A stretch of 64,000 bases of DNA from an uncultured Candidatus Rokubacteria bacterium (GTDB lineage Bacteria > Methylomirabilota > Methylomirabilia > Rokubacteriales > CSP1-6): contig CAVXJS010000021.1 in assembly GCA_963762145.1 (NCBI GenBank), forward strand, positions 1 to 64,000, in the 5' to 3' direction. The notes beneath the pieces were generated by a model. It was not told the DNA's origin. It did no database searches and worked only from the letters and a program-made list of their open reading frames with translations. Below are positions 1 to 9,350 of this stretch, piece after piece. Position numbers and translations under genes: made by a program. Numbering within the stretch: position 1 is the first letter of the stretch; each line of letters starts with the position of its first letter.

Positions 1-1621
1 GCCGGGCGATGAGCGGCGCCGGCAGGTAGGGCGATGCGGCGCGCTTCAGGATGTGCTTGTTCTCGCCGTCGCGGATCTTGAGGCGCCCCGGCAGGGAGGC
101 CGCGAGCTCGACGAACTCGCGATCGAGGTACGCGGTGCGCGTCTCGAGGGAGTGGGCCATGGAGAGCCGGTCCACGAAGGCCAGGACCTGGTCGGGGAAG
201 ACACCGCGAAACTCGGCCTCGAGCACCTGGTTCAGCGGGTCCGCCGCGGTGGCGCGCGCGAAGTACCCGGCCAGATGCGCGTCCGATGAGGCCGCTCCGA
301 CCGCCGCGGCGAACGCGGGCGTGTAGAGCTCCCGCTTCTCCGCCTCAGAGAAGACGGCGAGCCGCGCGCGCCACCGGGCTGGATCCCGGTCCGCGATCGT
401 CTCGACCAGCTTCCGGCTGTCGCGGAACCACGGCTGGTCGAGGACGGCGCCACCGCGCCCGACGTACTCGGCGATCACCGGGGCGAGTCGGTGGGAGAGA
501 TAGCTGCCGAACAGCTCGTCGGCGCCGTCGCCGGACAGGGCGACGCGGACGTGGCGGCCGATCAGGCGCGAGAGGAAGTAGGGCGAGACCACCCCCGAGA
601 AGGGCTGGTCGAAGTGGCGGAGGATCTGCGGGAACTCCTCGGCGAAGCTCCCGGCCGAGAGCCGCTCCTCGTGGTGATCCGTGCCGTACTGGTCGGCCAC
701 CGCCCGCGCCCAGCGCTGATCCTCGTCCTTGCCCGGCGTGGTGCTCTCGGAGTCGTAGGTCAGGGTGAAGGTCTTGATGCGGCCCGGCGACAGGGTCGCG
801 GCGAGGGCCGTCGAGAAGCTCGAGTCCACTCCGCCCGAGAGGTAGAAGCCGATGGGCACGTCGCTCAGGAGCCGGCGGCGTACACCCTCGCGGAGCGAGG
901 CGGCCACGCGAAGCGCGATCTCGTGCTCGTCCATCCGCTCCCAGGCCAGATCCGGCGCCCAGCTGAGCGACCAGTAGGTCGACACCTTCGCCCCGCCGCG
1001 GGCCGACCACGCCAGGATCTGGGCGGGGCCCAGGCTCTTGATGCCGTCGAACGCGGTGTCGGGGCCCGGCACGTGCTTGTAGGAGAGGAAGTGATGGACC
1101 GCGACGGGATTCAGTCGCCGCTCGTGATCTCGCACCGTGAGGAGACACTTGATCTCGGAGGCAAAGTAGATGGCGCCGGGGCGTTCGAGATAGTAGAGCG
1201 GCTTCTTGCCGGTATGATCGCGGACGAGCAGACCGCACTCCCGCGCGTCGTCCCATACCGCGATCGCGAACATGCCGAGGAGGCGCGAGGGGAACAGGGC
1301 ACCCCAGTCCTCGTAGAGATGCGGGATGATCTCGGTGTCCGTCCGGGTGCGGAAATGGTGACCCTTGGCTTCGAGCGCGGGACGGAGCTCGGGGAAGTTG
1401 TAGAGCTCGCCGTTCTGGGTCGCCCAGACGGTCCCCGCCTCATTCGACAGAGGCTGGCGCCCACCCTCGACGTCGAGGATGCTGAGGCGCCGGGCCCCCA
1501 GCGTGAAGCGCGGGCCGGAGACCAGGAACTCATCGTCGGGCCCGCGATAGGCGATACGGCGGAGCATCACCTCGACGGTGGCCGGGTCGGCCTTGCCGAA
1601 GACACCGGCGATGCCGCACAT
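1..1621 (-). CDS. asnB: Asparagine synthase (glutamine-hydrolysing)-family amidotransferase; 3' end runs off the window
   Basis: Manual translation from ATG at 1621: MCGIAG (Ntn Cys), RGPDD, RRLSILD, NGELYN, RDHTGKKPLYY, LSGGVDSS, LSGDGADELF, DRLSMAHSLETR. Not listed in the ORF track because it has no stop in the window. Confidence 0.93.
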   Translation of the reverse strand, partial: MCGIAGVFGKADPATVEVMLRRIAYRGPDDEFLVSGPRFTLGARRLSILDVEGGRQPLSNEAGTVWATQNGELYNFPELRPALEAKGHHFRTRTDTEIIPHLYEDWGALFPSRLLGMFAIAVWDDARECGLLVRDHTGKKPLYYLERPGAIYFASEIKCLLTVRDHERRLNPVAVHHFLSYKHVPGPDTAFDGIKSLGPAQILAWSARGGAKVSTYWSLSWAPDLAWERMDEHEIALRVAASLREGVRRRLLSDVPIGFYLSGGVDSSFSTALAATLSPGRIKTFTLTYDSESTTPGKDEDQRWARAVADQYGTDHHEERLSAGSFAEEFPQILRHFDQPFSGVVSPYFLSRLIGRHVRVALSGDGADELFGSYLSHRLAPVIAEYVGRGGAVLDQPWFRDSRKLVETIADRDPARWRARLAVFSEAEKRELYTPAFAAAVGAASSDAHLAGYFARATAADPLNQVLEAEFRGVFPDQVLAFVDRLSMAHSLETRTAYLDREFVELAASLPGRLKIRDGENKHILKRAASPYLPAPLIAR

Positions 1622-1623
1622 GG

Positions 1624-2177
1624 CTACGTCCGGGCGGGATCGCGCAGGATCCCGAGGCGGATGACGTCCACGCGGCCGTCGTCCTGGGCACGATCGCCGA
1701 GGAGCAGTCCTTCCCGCTTGAAGCCGGCGCGCTCGAACGCGGCCGCCCCACGAGGATTGGTGACCAGCACGTCGGCCCAGAGCTTCTCGAGCCGGAGCAG
1801 GCCGAAGGCGATGCCGACGAGGACGCGCAGCGCGTCCGTCCCGTATCCCCCACCCCAGGCGCTCTTCTCGCCGATCACGATGCGCACCTCGGCCCGGCGG
1901 TGGCGCGGATGGATATCGTAGAGCCAGACCACCCCGATGAGCTCGCCGTCGCGAAGGCGGTCGATCGCGAAGACCGCGGCGGAGGGCGAGGCGACGAGCG
2001 CGCGGACCAGGCTTCGTGCTCCGCCGGGGTCACCGGGCGGGCACGGTCGATCAGCCGGGCGATCTCGGGATCGTTGACCCAGGCGCGGTAGCGCTCGGCG
2101 TCGGCGAGCTGGGCCGCAGCCGGACCCGCGCGCCCTGGATGCACGGGAATCTCCCGATCCAAGAGGCGCGGCTTCAT
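1624..2177 (-). CDS. GNAT N-acetyltransferase (RimJ/RimL, PseH-like); frameshift near 2010
   Basis: MKPRLL...RAWVNDPEIARL joins IGVVWLYDIHPRHRRAEVRIVIGEKSAWGGGYGTDAL...FERAGFKREG (acetyl-CoA motif). ATG overlaps the radical SAM stop (ATGA). Confidence 0.8.
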
Positions 2178-3285
2178 TCCTTCGGCTGGTAGACCTCGAC
2201 TTCCACGCCGAGGTCCCGCTTCATCACTTCCTTGAGGTGGTCGCCGGAGGTCTTGAGCACCTTGAGCCAGCCGTGCTCCCAGTCGCGGATGCCCGCAAGC
2301 CACGCCGAGCAGCCGCGGCACGGCCAGGCCTCGGCGCCCTTGCCCTCCAGGTGCAGCTGGCGGTACCAGTTGAACCGCTCGCCCTGCCAGATCTCCTTGA
2401 TGCGTCACGTCGTTGGCGTTGGGGAAGAGCGTCGGCGGTCCTGAACGAGATGTCCTGGCCGCACAGCGCGATCCGGCCGAGCGTGTCGACGTTCAGCCGC
2501 TCGAACGGCCAGACGCACGGCTCCTTGCGCTCGGTCGGCAGGTCGCTTGTAGAGATGCGGATCGAGCGCGTTGCCGAGCGGGATCGTGGTGTTGTCGTCC
2601 CAGGACAGGAACTTGCGCGTGATGACCTCGTCGACGCCGATCTCTTCCATCCAGAAGTCGACCGCCGCCTCGAGCTTTCCTTCGATCGATGTCCTGGCGG
2701 ATGATCGACACGACGATGCGGGTCGGCGCTGCGGAATTCCTTGCGCAGCTCGAGCGCCGCGCGGACGTTGCCGACGTGGTTCGTCCCACCACTTCTGCGG
2801 GTCGCGCGGCGGCGCCGCCGATGCGGCGGGCGGACGAGGGCGTAGGTCTCCGGCGTCGCCGGCGTCCATCGAGAACTCGATCAGGTCGATGCCGGCCTCG
2901 AGGACGCGCTCGAGCTTCTGCGCGGTGCTTCGGCAGCGGGCCGAACATGCTGCCGTTGGTGTTCATCCAGATGCGGGCGCCGCTGCGCCTTGGCGTACTC
3001 GATCATCTCCACCATCTGCGGGTGGAGCATCGGCTCGCCGCCGCCGGTGCATCGCATCCAGGCGCCGTACGGGCCGCACTCGTCGGCCATCTTCTCCCAG
3101 AGCTTGACCGGCATCAGGTCGCCGTCGTGCTCGTGGTAGAACTGGCGAATCTCGGAGTTGCCGTCGGTGTACGGGCACATCGGGCAGCCGAAGTTGCACG
3201 GGTAGATGATCGAGATGACGACCATCAGCGGGAATTCTTCCGCGCCCGGTCGCAGGCCGTACTCTTTCGCTCCCGTTACCGTCAT
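2174..3285 (-). CDS. Radical SAM protein with C-terminal SPASM/twitch domain; several frameshifts
   Basis: CNFGCPMC (CxxxCxxC), GGGEPMLHP, MNTNGS, then CVWPFERL...ALCGQD...EIWQG...CRGC, stitched across frames. Confidence 0.85.
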
Positions 3286-3388
3286 GCGGAAAGGCCCTCC
3301 ATCGCGGCGCCGAGCCCCGTGTTGCAGGCCCGCTCGCACAATACTAGCGCGACTTTAGCGGCGCGGCCCCGCCATTTGTCGACCCGCT

Positions 3389-4870
3389 TCAGCGAGTGGG
3401 GCCGGCCGGAGCGTAGCTGCCCGGCTTGAGCCCGGCGTGGACCGGCGAGACGGGGCTCGCCGCGCGCACGGAGACGGACGGATCCAGCGTCCGCTCCGTC
3501 ACGGTGCCGGCCTCGAGATCCACGGTGTACTCGGCGACCGGCACGAACTCGAAGTGCCCGCGATCCTTGCGCACGCTCATGTACTCGAAAACGACGTCGG
3601 CGCCGGGAGGGCAGCCGAGTGTCCTGCAGTAGCGAAGAACTCGCCCGGAGAAGAGGCCGGAGTCGCCCGGGTAGTACTTGAGCGTGGTGAAGAGGCTGAC
3701 CAGGCAGATGAACTCGCCCACGTGCGCATACCGGAAGCCCCGCCGGGGCTCGAGCGCGCCGAAGCGCGCCGCCTGGGTGCGGGTGCCGGTGGCCCGATCC
3801 TGGAACCAGATGCGGGCCCAGAAGTTGGTGTGGTCCACGCTGAAGACCCGCCAGATGATGATGCCGAAGAGGTTGGCGTAGCGGTCGAGCGCCGCCTGGA
3901 GCGGACGCGGCAGGGCGCGGCGCGCGAGGAAGTTGTAGTACTGGCCGGCCTTGGCCAGCGGGAGCAGCAGAGCGTAGGCGTAGAGCGCGACGGTGAGCGC
4001 CGCGTTGAGCCAGCCGGGCGCCGCCGTCACCGCCGCGGCGGGCGCGGCCGGCGCGATCGCGGCCACCAGGCGATCGACCACTCCTCCGGCGGGGATGAAG
4101 AGGACGCAGCAGAGCATCACCATCTCGCACAGGAAGCCGAGCCGGATGTGGAGCGCGATGAAGGCGAAGCTGCCGAAGATCAGGAGGGCCCCCGGAAGCT
4201 GGGTCGCCGGCACCAGCATGAGGAGGCCGGCCACGATCTCGGTCAGGTACGCGAGGTGGTTGAGGGTGTGGAAGATCCAGTGGGAGGGCCGCAGGCGTCC
4301 GTAGAGGCGCCCCCAGTACCCCCACCACGGGTTGACCATGCCGAGCTCCATCCCGTCGTTCCGCGGATAGCCGGCGAGCGACTTGTAGGTGCCCGCGCAC
4401 AGCATGATGACCGCGAAGTCGAGCCGGAAGATGAAGACGGCCGCGGACCGCACGGCTCCGCTCGGGTCGTACGTCGCGCCGTACTCGAGGAAGAAGACGC
4501 ACGCCGCGATCCAGTAGGTCATGAAGCCGGGCGCTCCCATACCCCGCAGGACGCCCTTCCAGCGCATGGCGACGAAGAAGTAGCGGCACAGGAGGAGATT
4601 CACCAGGCTCGCCATCACCGTGAGGCACCCGACCACCAGGCAGGCGGCGCACACGGCCCAGAGCAGCATGATCCCCGGCAGCAGGTAGCGATTCTGGACG
4701 AGGTCCACGCGCCGATCCGATTGCGCGTAGCCGCCCCACCGCTCGCTCACGAAGAAGCGCCGCGCCTGCGGCACGGCCTGGGCCAGGGTCAGCAGCAAGA
4801 GGACGCCGTAGCCGCAGCGGAAGAGCGACTGGGTGGACGCCGAGAGCGTCGGATGAAGGAACGCGTCCAA
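3389..4870 (-). CDS. Polytopic membrane protein, HTTM / vitamin-K-dependent carboxylase-like fold
   Basis: 493 aa with multiple TM segments. LFRCGYGVLLL, FRLDFAVIMLCAGTYK and LAYLTEIVAGLLML resemble HTTM motifs. TTG start abuts the upstream DCC1 gene stop. Confidence 0.6.
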   Translation of the reverse strand: MDAFLHPTLSASTQSLFRCGYGVLLLLTLAQAVPQARRFFVSERWGGYAQSDRRVDLVQNRYLLPGIMLLWAVCAACLVVGCLTVMASLVNLLLCRYFFVAMRWKGVLRGMGAPGFMTYWIAACVFFLEYGATYDPSGAVRSAAVFIFRLDFAVIMLCAGTYKSLAGYPRNDGMELGMVNPWWGYWGRLYGRLRPSHWIFHTLNHLAYLTEIVAGLLMLVPATQLPGALLIFGSFAFIALHIRLGFLCEMVMLCCVLFIPAGGVVDRLVAAIAPAAPAAAVTAAPGWLNAALTVALYAYALLLPLAKAGQYYNFLARRALPRPLQAALDRYANLFGIIIWRVFSVDHTNFWARIWFQDRATGTRTQAARFGALEPRRGFRYAHVGEFICLVSLFTTLKYYPGDSGLFSGRVLRYCRTLGCPPGADVVFEYMSVRKDRGHFEFVPVAEYTVDLEAGTVTERTLDPSVSVRAASPVSPVHAGLKPGSYAPAGPTR

Positions 4871-5257
4871 TCAGCGTCCGGGCGGGCGGGGCGCCGGCTC
4901 GCCCGCGTCGACCGCGCAGCCGAGATTGCGCCGGTGGCGCGCCACCCACGCGTAGATCCGGGGCCCGAGGAGAGAAGCGCCCGGGGCGTAGAAGAGGACC
5001 AGAAGCGGGAAGAGCCATGGGCTCTCCCACAGCATCCGCCGGAAGGCAAAGAAGCCGCGGGACACCTCACCGTCCGGGGCGATGGCGAACATCGCCTCGT
5101 CGGTGTCCGCCCCGGCCATCATCGGGAAGCGCCCCAGGACGGCCTCACGGTCGTTGGCGTCGTGGAGGCGAAACACGTCGCGACGAGCCATCCGTCGGAG
5201 GCGCCCGAGGGCGCGCACGCAGAATCCGCACTGGCCGTCGTAGACGATGTCGATCAC
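4871..5257 (-). CDS. DCC1-like thiol-disulfide oxidoreductase (DUF393)
   Basis: IVYDGQCGFC (DxxCxxC) and C-terminal YAWVARHR. Confidence 0.9.
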   Translation of the reverse strand: MIDIVYDGQCGFCVRALGRLRRMARRDVFRLHDANDREAVLGRFPMMAGADTDEAMFAIAPDGEVSRGFFAFRRMLWESPWLFPLLVLFYAPGASLLGPRIYAWVARHRRNLGCAVDAGEPAPRPPGR

Positions 5258-5278
5258 GGGCGGGCCTCGGGCTCGATG

Positions 5279-6253
5279 CTAGCGTGTCCCCGCGACGCCG
5301 GTCAAGGTTGCGCGGCCGCGGAGCCGAAGCCACACGAGCCCGCCCAGGACGCTCAGGATGAGGAACTGGGAGAAGATGATCAGCGAGATCCCGACCGCGA
5401 GCTCCTTGGAGATGCCGAGGCTCCCGAAGAGCAGATAGTGCAGCTGCTCGCGGAGGCCGATGCCGTTGACCGAGATCGGGATATTGGACAGGATCGAGAT
5501 CGCGATCAGCACGAGCAGGATCGCGCTGTAGGGCACCGCGAGCCCGCCAGACACCCGGAAGTAGGTCTGGTAGACCCAGCCGAACGGGATGAAGTACAGG
5601 AACACCGCCAGCAGCACCGCCAGGATCACGCCCGGCCTCCGCCGGAGCGGCCGCCCGCGCTTGCGCACCAGCTCGAGCACCTCGGCCACGCGTCGCAGCA
5701 AGGGCACCCGCCGGAGAAGGGCCACGAGCGGGGCGAGCCGGAGCGTCAGCGCGGCGGCCAAGCCGAGGACCAGCACGACGCAGAGGACGGTCAGCACCTG
5801 GCGGGCCACCACGAACGCGGGCGTGGTGATGTCCAGCCACCAGACGAGCACGCTGCCCCACGCGGCCATCGCGAGAAAGCCCAGACCCCGGTCGACCAGG
5901 ATGGAGGTGGCGACGGTCGTGTATCCCTCCTCGCGGCCGAGGTAGTACACGCGCGCGGCGTCCCCGCCGACCATGGTGGGCAGGAAGTTGTTGAAGAAGA
6001 TCCCGAGCAGGTACGTCTCGACGAGCCGTCCGAGCGCCACCGGGAACCCCATCGCCCCCAGCACCAGCCCCCACTTGAGGACGTACAGGAGCTGCCCCGC
6101 GAGCAGCACGCCGAAGGAGGCCAGATAGAACGAGAGCGGGGTGCGCGAGAACGCGGAGTGGAACGAGGACCAGTCGAAGCCGCGGAAGAGGAGCGCCAGG
6201 AGCGCCACCGTGACCGCGACCTGGACCGCGAACGCCAGCCGCCTAAGGCTCAT
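5279..6253 (-). CDS. Lysylphosphatidylglycerol synthase TM domain / flippase-like protein (AglD2/YbhN type)
   Basis: FFNNFLPTMVGGDAAR, SILVDR, PISVNGIGLRE motifs; multi-TM. Confidence 0.85.
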   Translation of the reverse strand: MSLRRLAFAVQVAVTVALLALLFRGFDWSSFHSAFSRTPLSFYLASFGVLLAGQLLYVLKWGLVLGAMGFPVALGRLVETYLLGIFFNNFLPTMVGGDAARVYYLGREEGYTTVATSILVDRGLGFLAMAAWGSVLVWWLDITTPAFVVARQVLTVLCVVLVLGLAAALTLRLAPLVALLRRVPLLRRVAEVLELVRKRGRPLRRRPGVILAVLLAVFLYFIPFGWVYQTYFRVSGGLAVPYSAILLVLIAISILSNIPISVNGIGLREQLHYLLFGSLGISKELAVGISLIIFSQFLILSVLGGLVWLRLRGRATLTGVAGTR

Positions 6254-7016
6254 CGTACGGAACGACGCGGCCTCGACCCCGGTCCTTGCGCTTCCCGAAG
6301 ACGATCCACCGGCACCACCAGTACATAATGTCCCTCACTGCGGCGAAGACGGCCGCGGGGCGCGTTCCCTTAGCTGTGCCCTTCGCGCGCTTGATGAAGG
6401 CGACCGGCACTTCCTTGATCGTGGTCCCCTTCCACCAGACCTTGAGCAGGCACTCTGGGTTGGTGAACGCGCTCTCAGTCTCGAGCTCGACGGACTGGAT
6501 GAGCGTCCGCGGGTACACCGTGACGTTCTGATAGTCGCGGAGTGGCAGGCGGAACAACAGCCGGATCAGGAGATAGTTCATCACCGACACCACCGCCTTG
6601 CCGAAGTGGTCGGAGCGCTCGGCGAACAGGCCGGTGGGCGAGACCGGGGCGAGGCGCACCCCCTGCAACACCTCGTACTTGGCGAGGAGGCTCAGGGAGG
6701 CCATCAGCCCCTGGATGTCGTAGGCCCAGTCCACCGTCTGCCAGAAGAGGTATTCCTTCCGCGCCAGCGTGATGGCGCGCTTCGTGTTGTAGCCGGGGCC
6801 GCGATTCCGCTCGTTCCGGTAGAGGCGGAGCCACGGGCGGCTCTGCTGGCAGGCCTGCGCGATGGCCCAGGTCCGGTCGGTGCTGCCGTCGTCGATGAGG
6901 ATCAGCTCGTAGTCGTCGGCCAGCTCGCTCAGGCAGCGCCCGGCCCGCTCGATGTACTCGGCGACGCTCTCTTCCTCGTTGAGAGCCCAGCCGAGCATGG
7001 ACAGGCTGACCGTCAT
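6243..7016 (-). CDS. Glycosyltransferase family 2 (polyprenyl-phosphate sugar synthase-like)
   Basis: ALNEEES, LIDDGSTDRT, NRGPG, EVPVAF. ATG at 7016 follows a GGGGGAG SD-like sequence. Confidence 0.88.
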   Translation of the reverse strand: MTVSLSMLGWALNEEESVAEYIERAGRCLSELADDYELILIDDGSTDRTWAIAQACQQSRPWLRLYRNERNRGPGYNTKRAITLARKEYLFWQTVDWAYDIQGLMASLSLLAKYEVLQGVRLAPVSPTGLFAERSDHFGKAVVSVMNYLLIRLLFRLPLRDYQNVTVYPRTLIQSVELETESAFTNPECLLKVWWKGTTIKEVPVAFIKRAKGTAKGTRPAAVFAAVRDIMYWWCRWIVFGKRKDRGRGRVVPYDEP

Positions 7017-7149
7017 GGATGCTCCCCCACCGGCTCCTGAGGACGCGCCCGCAAAGGCGCCGCGTCCCTTCGCGTCGGCCGCGCCATGATACCGCGCTGC
7101 CTGCGCCCTCCCGCGGCCAAAATCCGCGATCCGGGCGTGCCCCGCCCGA

Positions 7150-8745
7150 TCACGGCCGCCCCGGCGCCCGCCCTCGGCGCGCGTAGATGTCGTAGACGAG
7201 CCAGCGATACTCGTCCACCCGGCCGGCGCGCTCGAAGTGCGCCGCCAGCAGCTCGCGGAGGCGGCCGATCTGGCCGGGACGCCGTGTCGCGAGCGCGTCA
7301 ACGATCTGGGGCTCAAGGACGACGTAGTCGGCGTCGCTCGAGAGCCAGCGCTCCATCTCGCGATCGCCCCAGAGCCCGCCCTTCTCGATGCCGCGGCGCT
7401 CCTGGACAACCGCCAGCGTGTTGGTCGAGTGGATCTGCTGCAGGTACGGCGTGGCGCCGGCCAGGTACGGGATCAGGGAGTCGCCCAGCAAGAATACGCG
7501 CGCGCCTGGCGGCACGAGCGCGCGCATGCGCGCCGCCGCCACCGCGAGGTCCTGCATCGGCCGGGCGGCGGCGTCAGCTCCGATGGGGAGCAGCGGGTGG
7601 CGGATGACGACCGCGGGAGCAACCATCAGCAAGACCAGCGCCGCGCCGATCGCGACGCGCCCGCTCCGACCCCACCCGCCGTCCCGGAGGACCAGGGCGA
7701 AGCCGACCCCGAGCAGCACCGCCACCAGCGGCGCATAGGAGGGAAACCACGCGACGAGGGCCTTCGGAAAGTCCCACAGGATCAGGACCTGAAAGGCCGT
7801 GATGTAGACGATCGCCGCCGCCACGAGGCGCACCCGTCCGTCCCGCAGGAACGCGCCGATGGGCCGCCCCCGCCACTGGCCCAGCACGAGCAGGCCGGCG
7901 AGCGCGACGAGGGCCAGCATCCAGAACTCGTACATCCGGCCGAAGCGGACCACCGCGGCGAACCGTTCGGACGCCTCGGGCGTCGGGATGTCGACCAGGC
8001 TCCAGCCGAGCGGGTAGCCAAGAGGCCGCACGAGGTGTCGGCCGATCGGGACGTAGGCCAGGATCTTCAGATGGCGGGGATCGGCCAGGAAGAACGCCGC
8101 GGGGACGGCGGCCGTCGCGAGGGTGACCCAGACGCGCTCACGCCACCCGCGGGCGATCAGCCACAGCACCACGACCGCGGCCGGCAGGATAGGCCACAGG
8201 TTGGTCCGGACGAGAAAGAGCAGCGAGAGCAAGACCGCAGCGGCGATCCGGTGCCATGGCGGCCCGCCCGGGAGCATTAGCGCGAGCCCGCCCAGCAGGA
8301 TCGCCGCCGCGAGGGCATGATAGGTGCCCGTCGCGAGGTAGCCGACGATCACCCCCTGGCTGACCAGGAACGCGGTCGCCAGCAGCCCGCCCAGGTCCCC
8401 GGCGATCCGGCGGCCGAGCAACGCGGTCAGCCATAAGGCAACCACCCCGATGCCCAGCGAGACGAGGCGCGCGGCGAGCAGGCTGCGTCCGAATACCACC
8501 TGGGACCAGCCGTTGATCCAGAACGGCAGCGGCATCCGGGAGCCGGTGATCTCGTCCTGGAACAGGCTGATCCGGCCGCTGGCCGCCAGGTATCCGAGAT
8601 GGACGTAGGCGCTCTCGTCGGTCCACGTCACGAGCCGTTGCGCGAGCCAGGCACCGTAGACGACAAATGCGACGCACAGGAGCGTAAGGACCAGCCGGTA
8701 CGGAGGCGACCACCGCGCGGGCGTGGACGTCGCTACTTGGCGCAC
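7150..8745 (-). CDS. Membrane glycosyltransferase, GT-C fold (ArnT/PMT-like)
   Basis: N-terminal TM followed by WTDESAY (DE motif), MPLPFW, AARLVS; many TM helices and a C-terminal soluble domain. Confidence 0.7.
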   Translation of the reverse strand: MRQVATSTPARWSPPYRLVLTLLCVAFVVYGAWLAQRLVTWTDESAYVHLGYLAASGRISLFQDEITGSRMPLPFWINGWSQVVFGRSLLAARLVSLGIGVVALWLTALLGRRIAGDLGGLLATAFLVSQGVIVGYLATGTYHALAAAILLGGLALMLPGGPPWHRIAAAVLLSLLFLVRTNLWPILPAAVVVLWLIARGWRERVWVTLATAAVPAAFFLADPRHLKILAYVPIGRHLVRPLGYPLGWSLVDIPTPEASERFAAVVRFGRMYEFWMLALVALAGLLVLGQWRGRPIGAFLRDGRVRLVAAAIVYITAFQVLILWDFPKALVAWFPSYAPLVAVLLGVGFALVLRDGGWGRSGRVAIGAALVLLMVAPAVVIRHPLLPIGADAAARPMQDLAVAAARMRALVPPGARVFLLGDSLIPYLAGATPYLQQIHSTNTLAVVQERRGIEKGGLWGDREMERWLSSDADYVVLEPQIVDALATRRPGQIGRLRELLAAHFERAGRVDEYRWLVYDIYARRGRAPGRP

Positions 8746-9344
8746 TCGACGACCACGAGGTCGTTGTACAGGGGATTGCCGGGGAGCGAGAACACGTGCG
8801 TCCGATCCGCGCCCACCTGCTTCACCGCCAGGTGCCGGGCCACGATGGCGACGTACTCCTCGACCCGTCGCAAGAACAGGCCGCGCTCGATGCTACGGAA
8901 CGCCCGCCGCAGCCCCGATCGGTCCTCGGGAGCCGCGACGAGATCGATGAGCAGGAAGGTCCCCCGCTCCGCCAGGATGGACTTGACCCACTCGAGCTCG
9001 GTCGCGAGCACGTCATCGGGGATGTGATGGAAGCAGCAGTTCGCCACGACCAGGTCGAACGGGCCGTGGTGGGCCACCTCATCCCGCGAGGAGACGAAGA
9101 CGTGCCCGCTGTGCATCCGCCGCGCGTAGGACACCACGCGGTCGTCGATGTCGTAGCCGTGGTAGGCGAGGCCGGCGCCGGTGAAGGTGCTGGCGAAAAG
9201 GCCGGTGCCGCATCCGAAGTCGAGCGCCTTGCTCCCGGGCGGGAGGCGCAAGGCCTCGAGTCGACGGCGGAGGCTTCGCCGTTGCTCCCACTTGTTGCCG
9301 GAGACGACCCGCTGGCCGAGGTCGTTGACCAGGGCCCAGATCAT
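8733..9344 (-). CDS. Class I SAM-dependent methyltransferase
   Basis: ALDFGCGTG, GYDID, FDLVVANCCFHH. Confidence 0.9.
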   Translation of the reverse strand: MIWALVNDLGQRVVSGNKWEQRRSLRRRLEALRLPPGSKALDFGCGTGLFASTFTGAGLAYHGYDIDDRVVSYARRMHSGHVFVSSRDEVAHHGPFDLVVANCCFHHIPDDVLATELEWVKSILAERGTFLLIDLVAAPEDRSGLRRAFRSIERGLFLRRVEEYVAIVARHLAVKQVGADRTHVFSLPGNPLYNDLVVVECAK

Positions 9345-9350
9345 CGGTCC

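Noticed and set aside
1-3388. Lasso peptide or radical-SAM RiPP cluster (AsnB-like + SPASM)
   Set aside because: AsnB keeps the full N-terminal glutaminase (MCGIAG). I saw no RRE/PqqD, leader peptidase or precursor, and the context is glycosyltransferases.
3437-6328. 963-aa plus-strand ORF and other long antisense ORFs (491-1921, 8796-10418, 11317-13683, 15099-17018, 55141-57366, 61505-63283)
   Set aside because: These are shadow ORFs opposite recognisable genes. High GC3 codon bias suppresses antisense stops, and they carry no family motifs.
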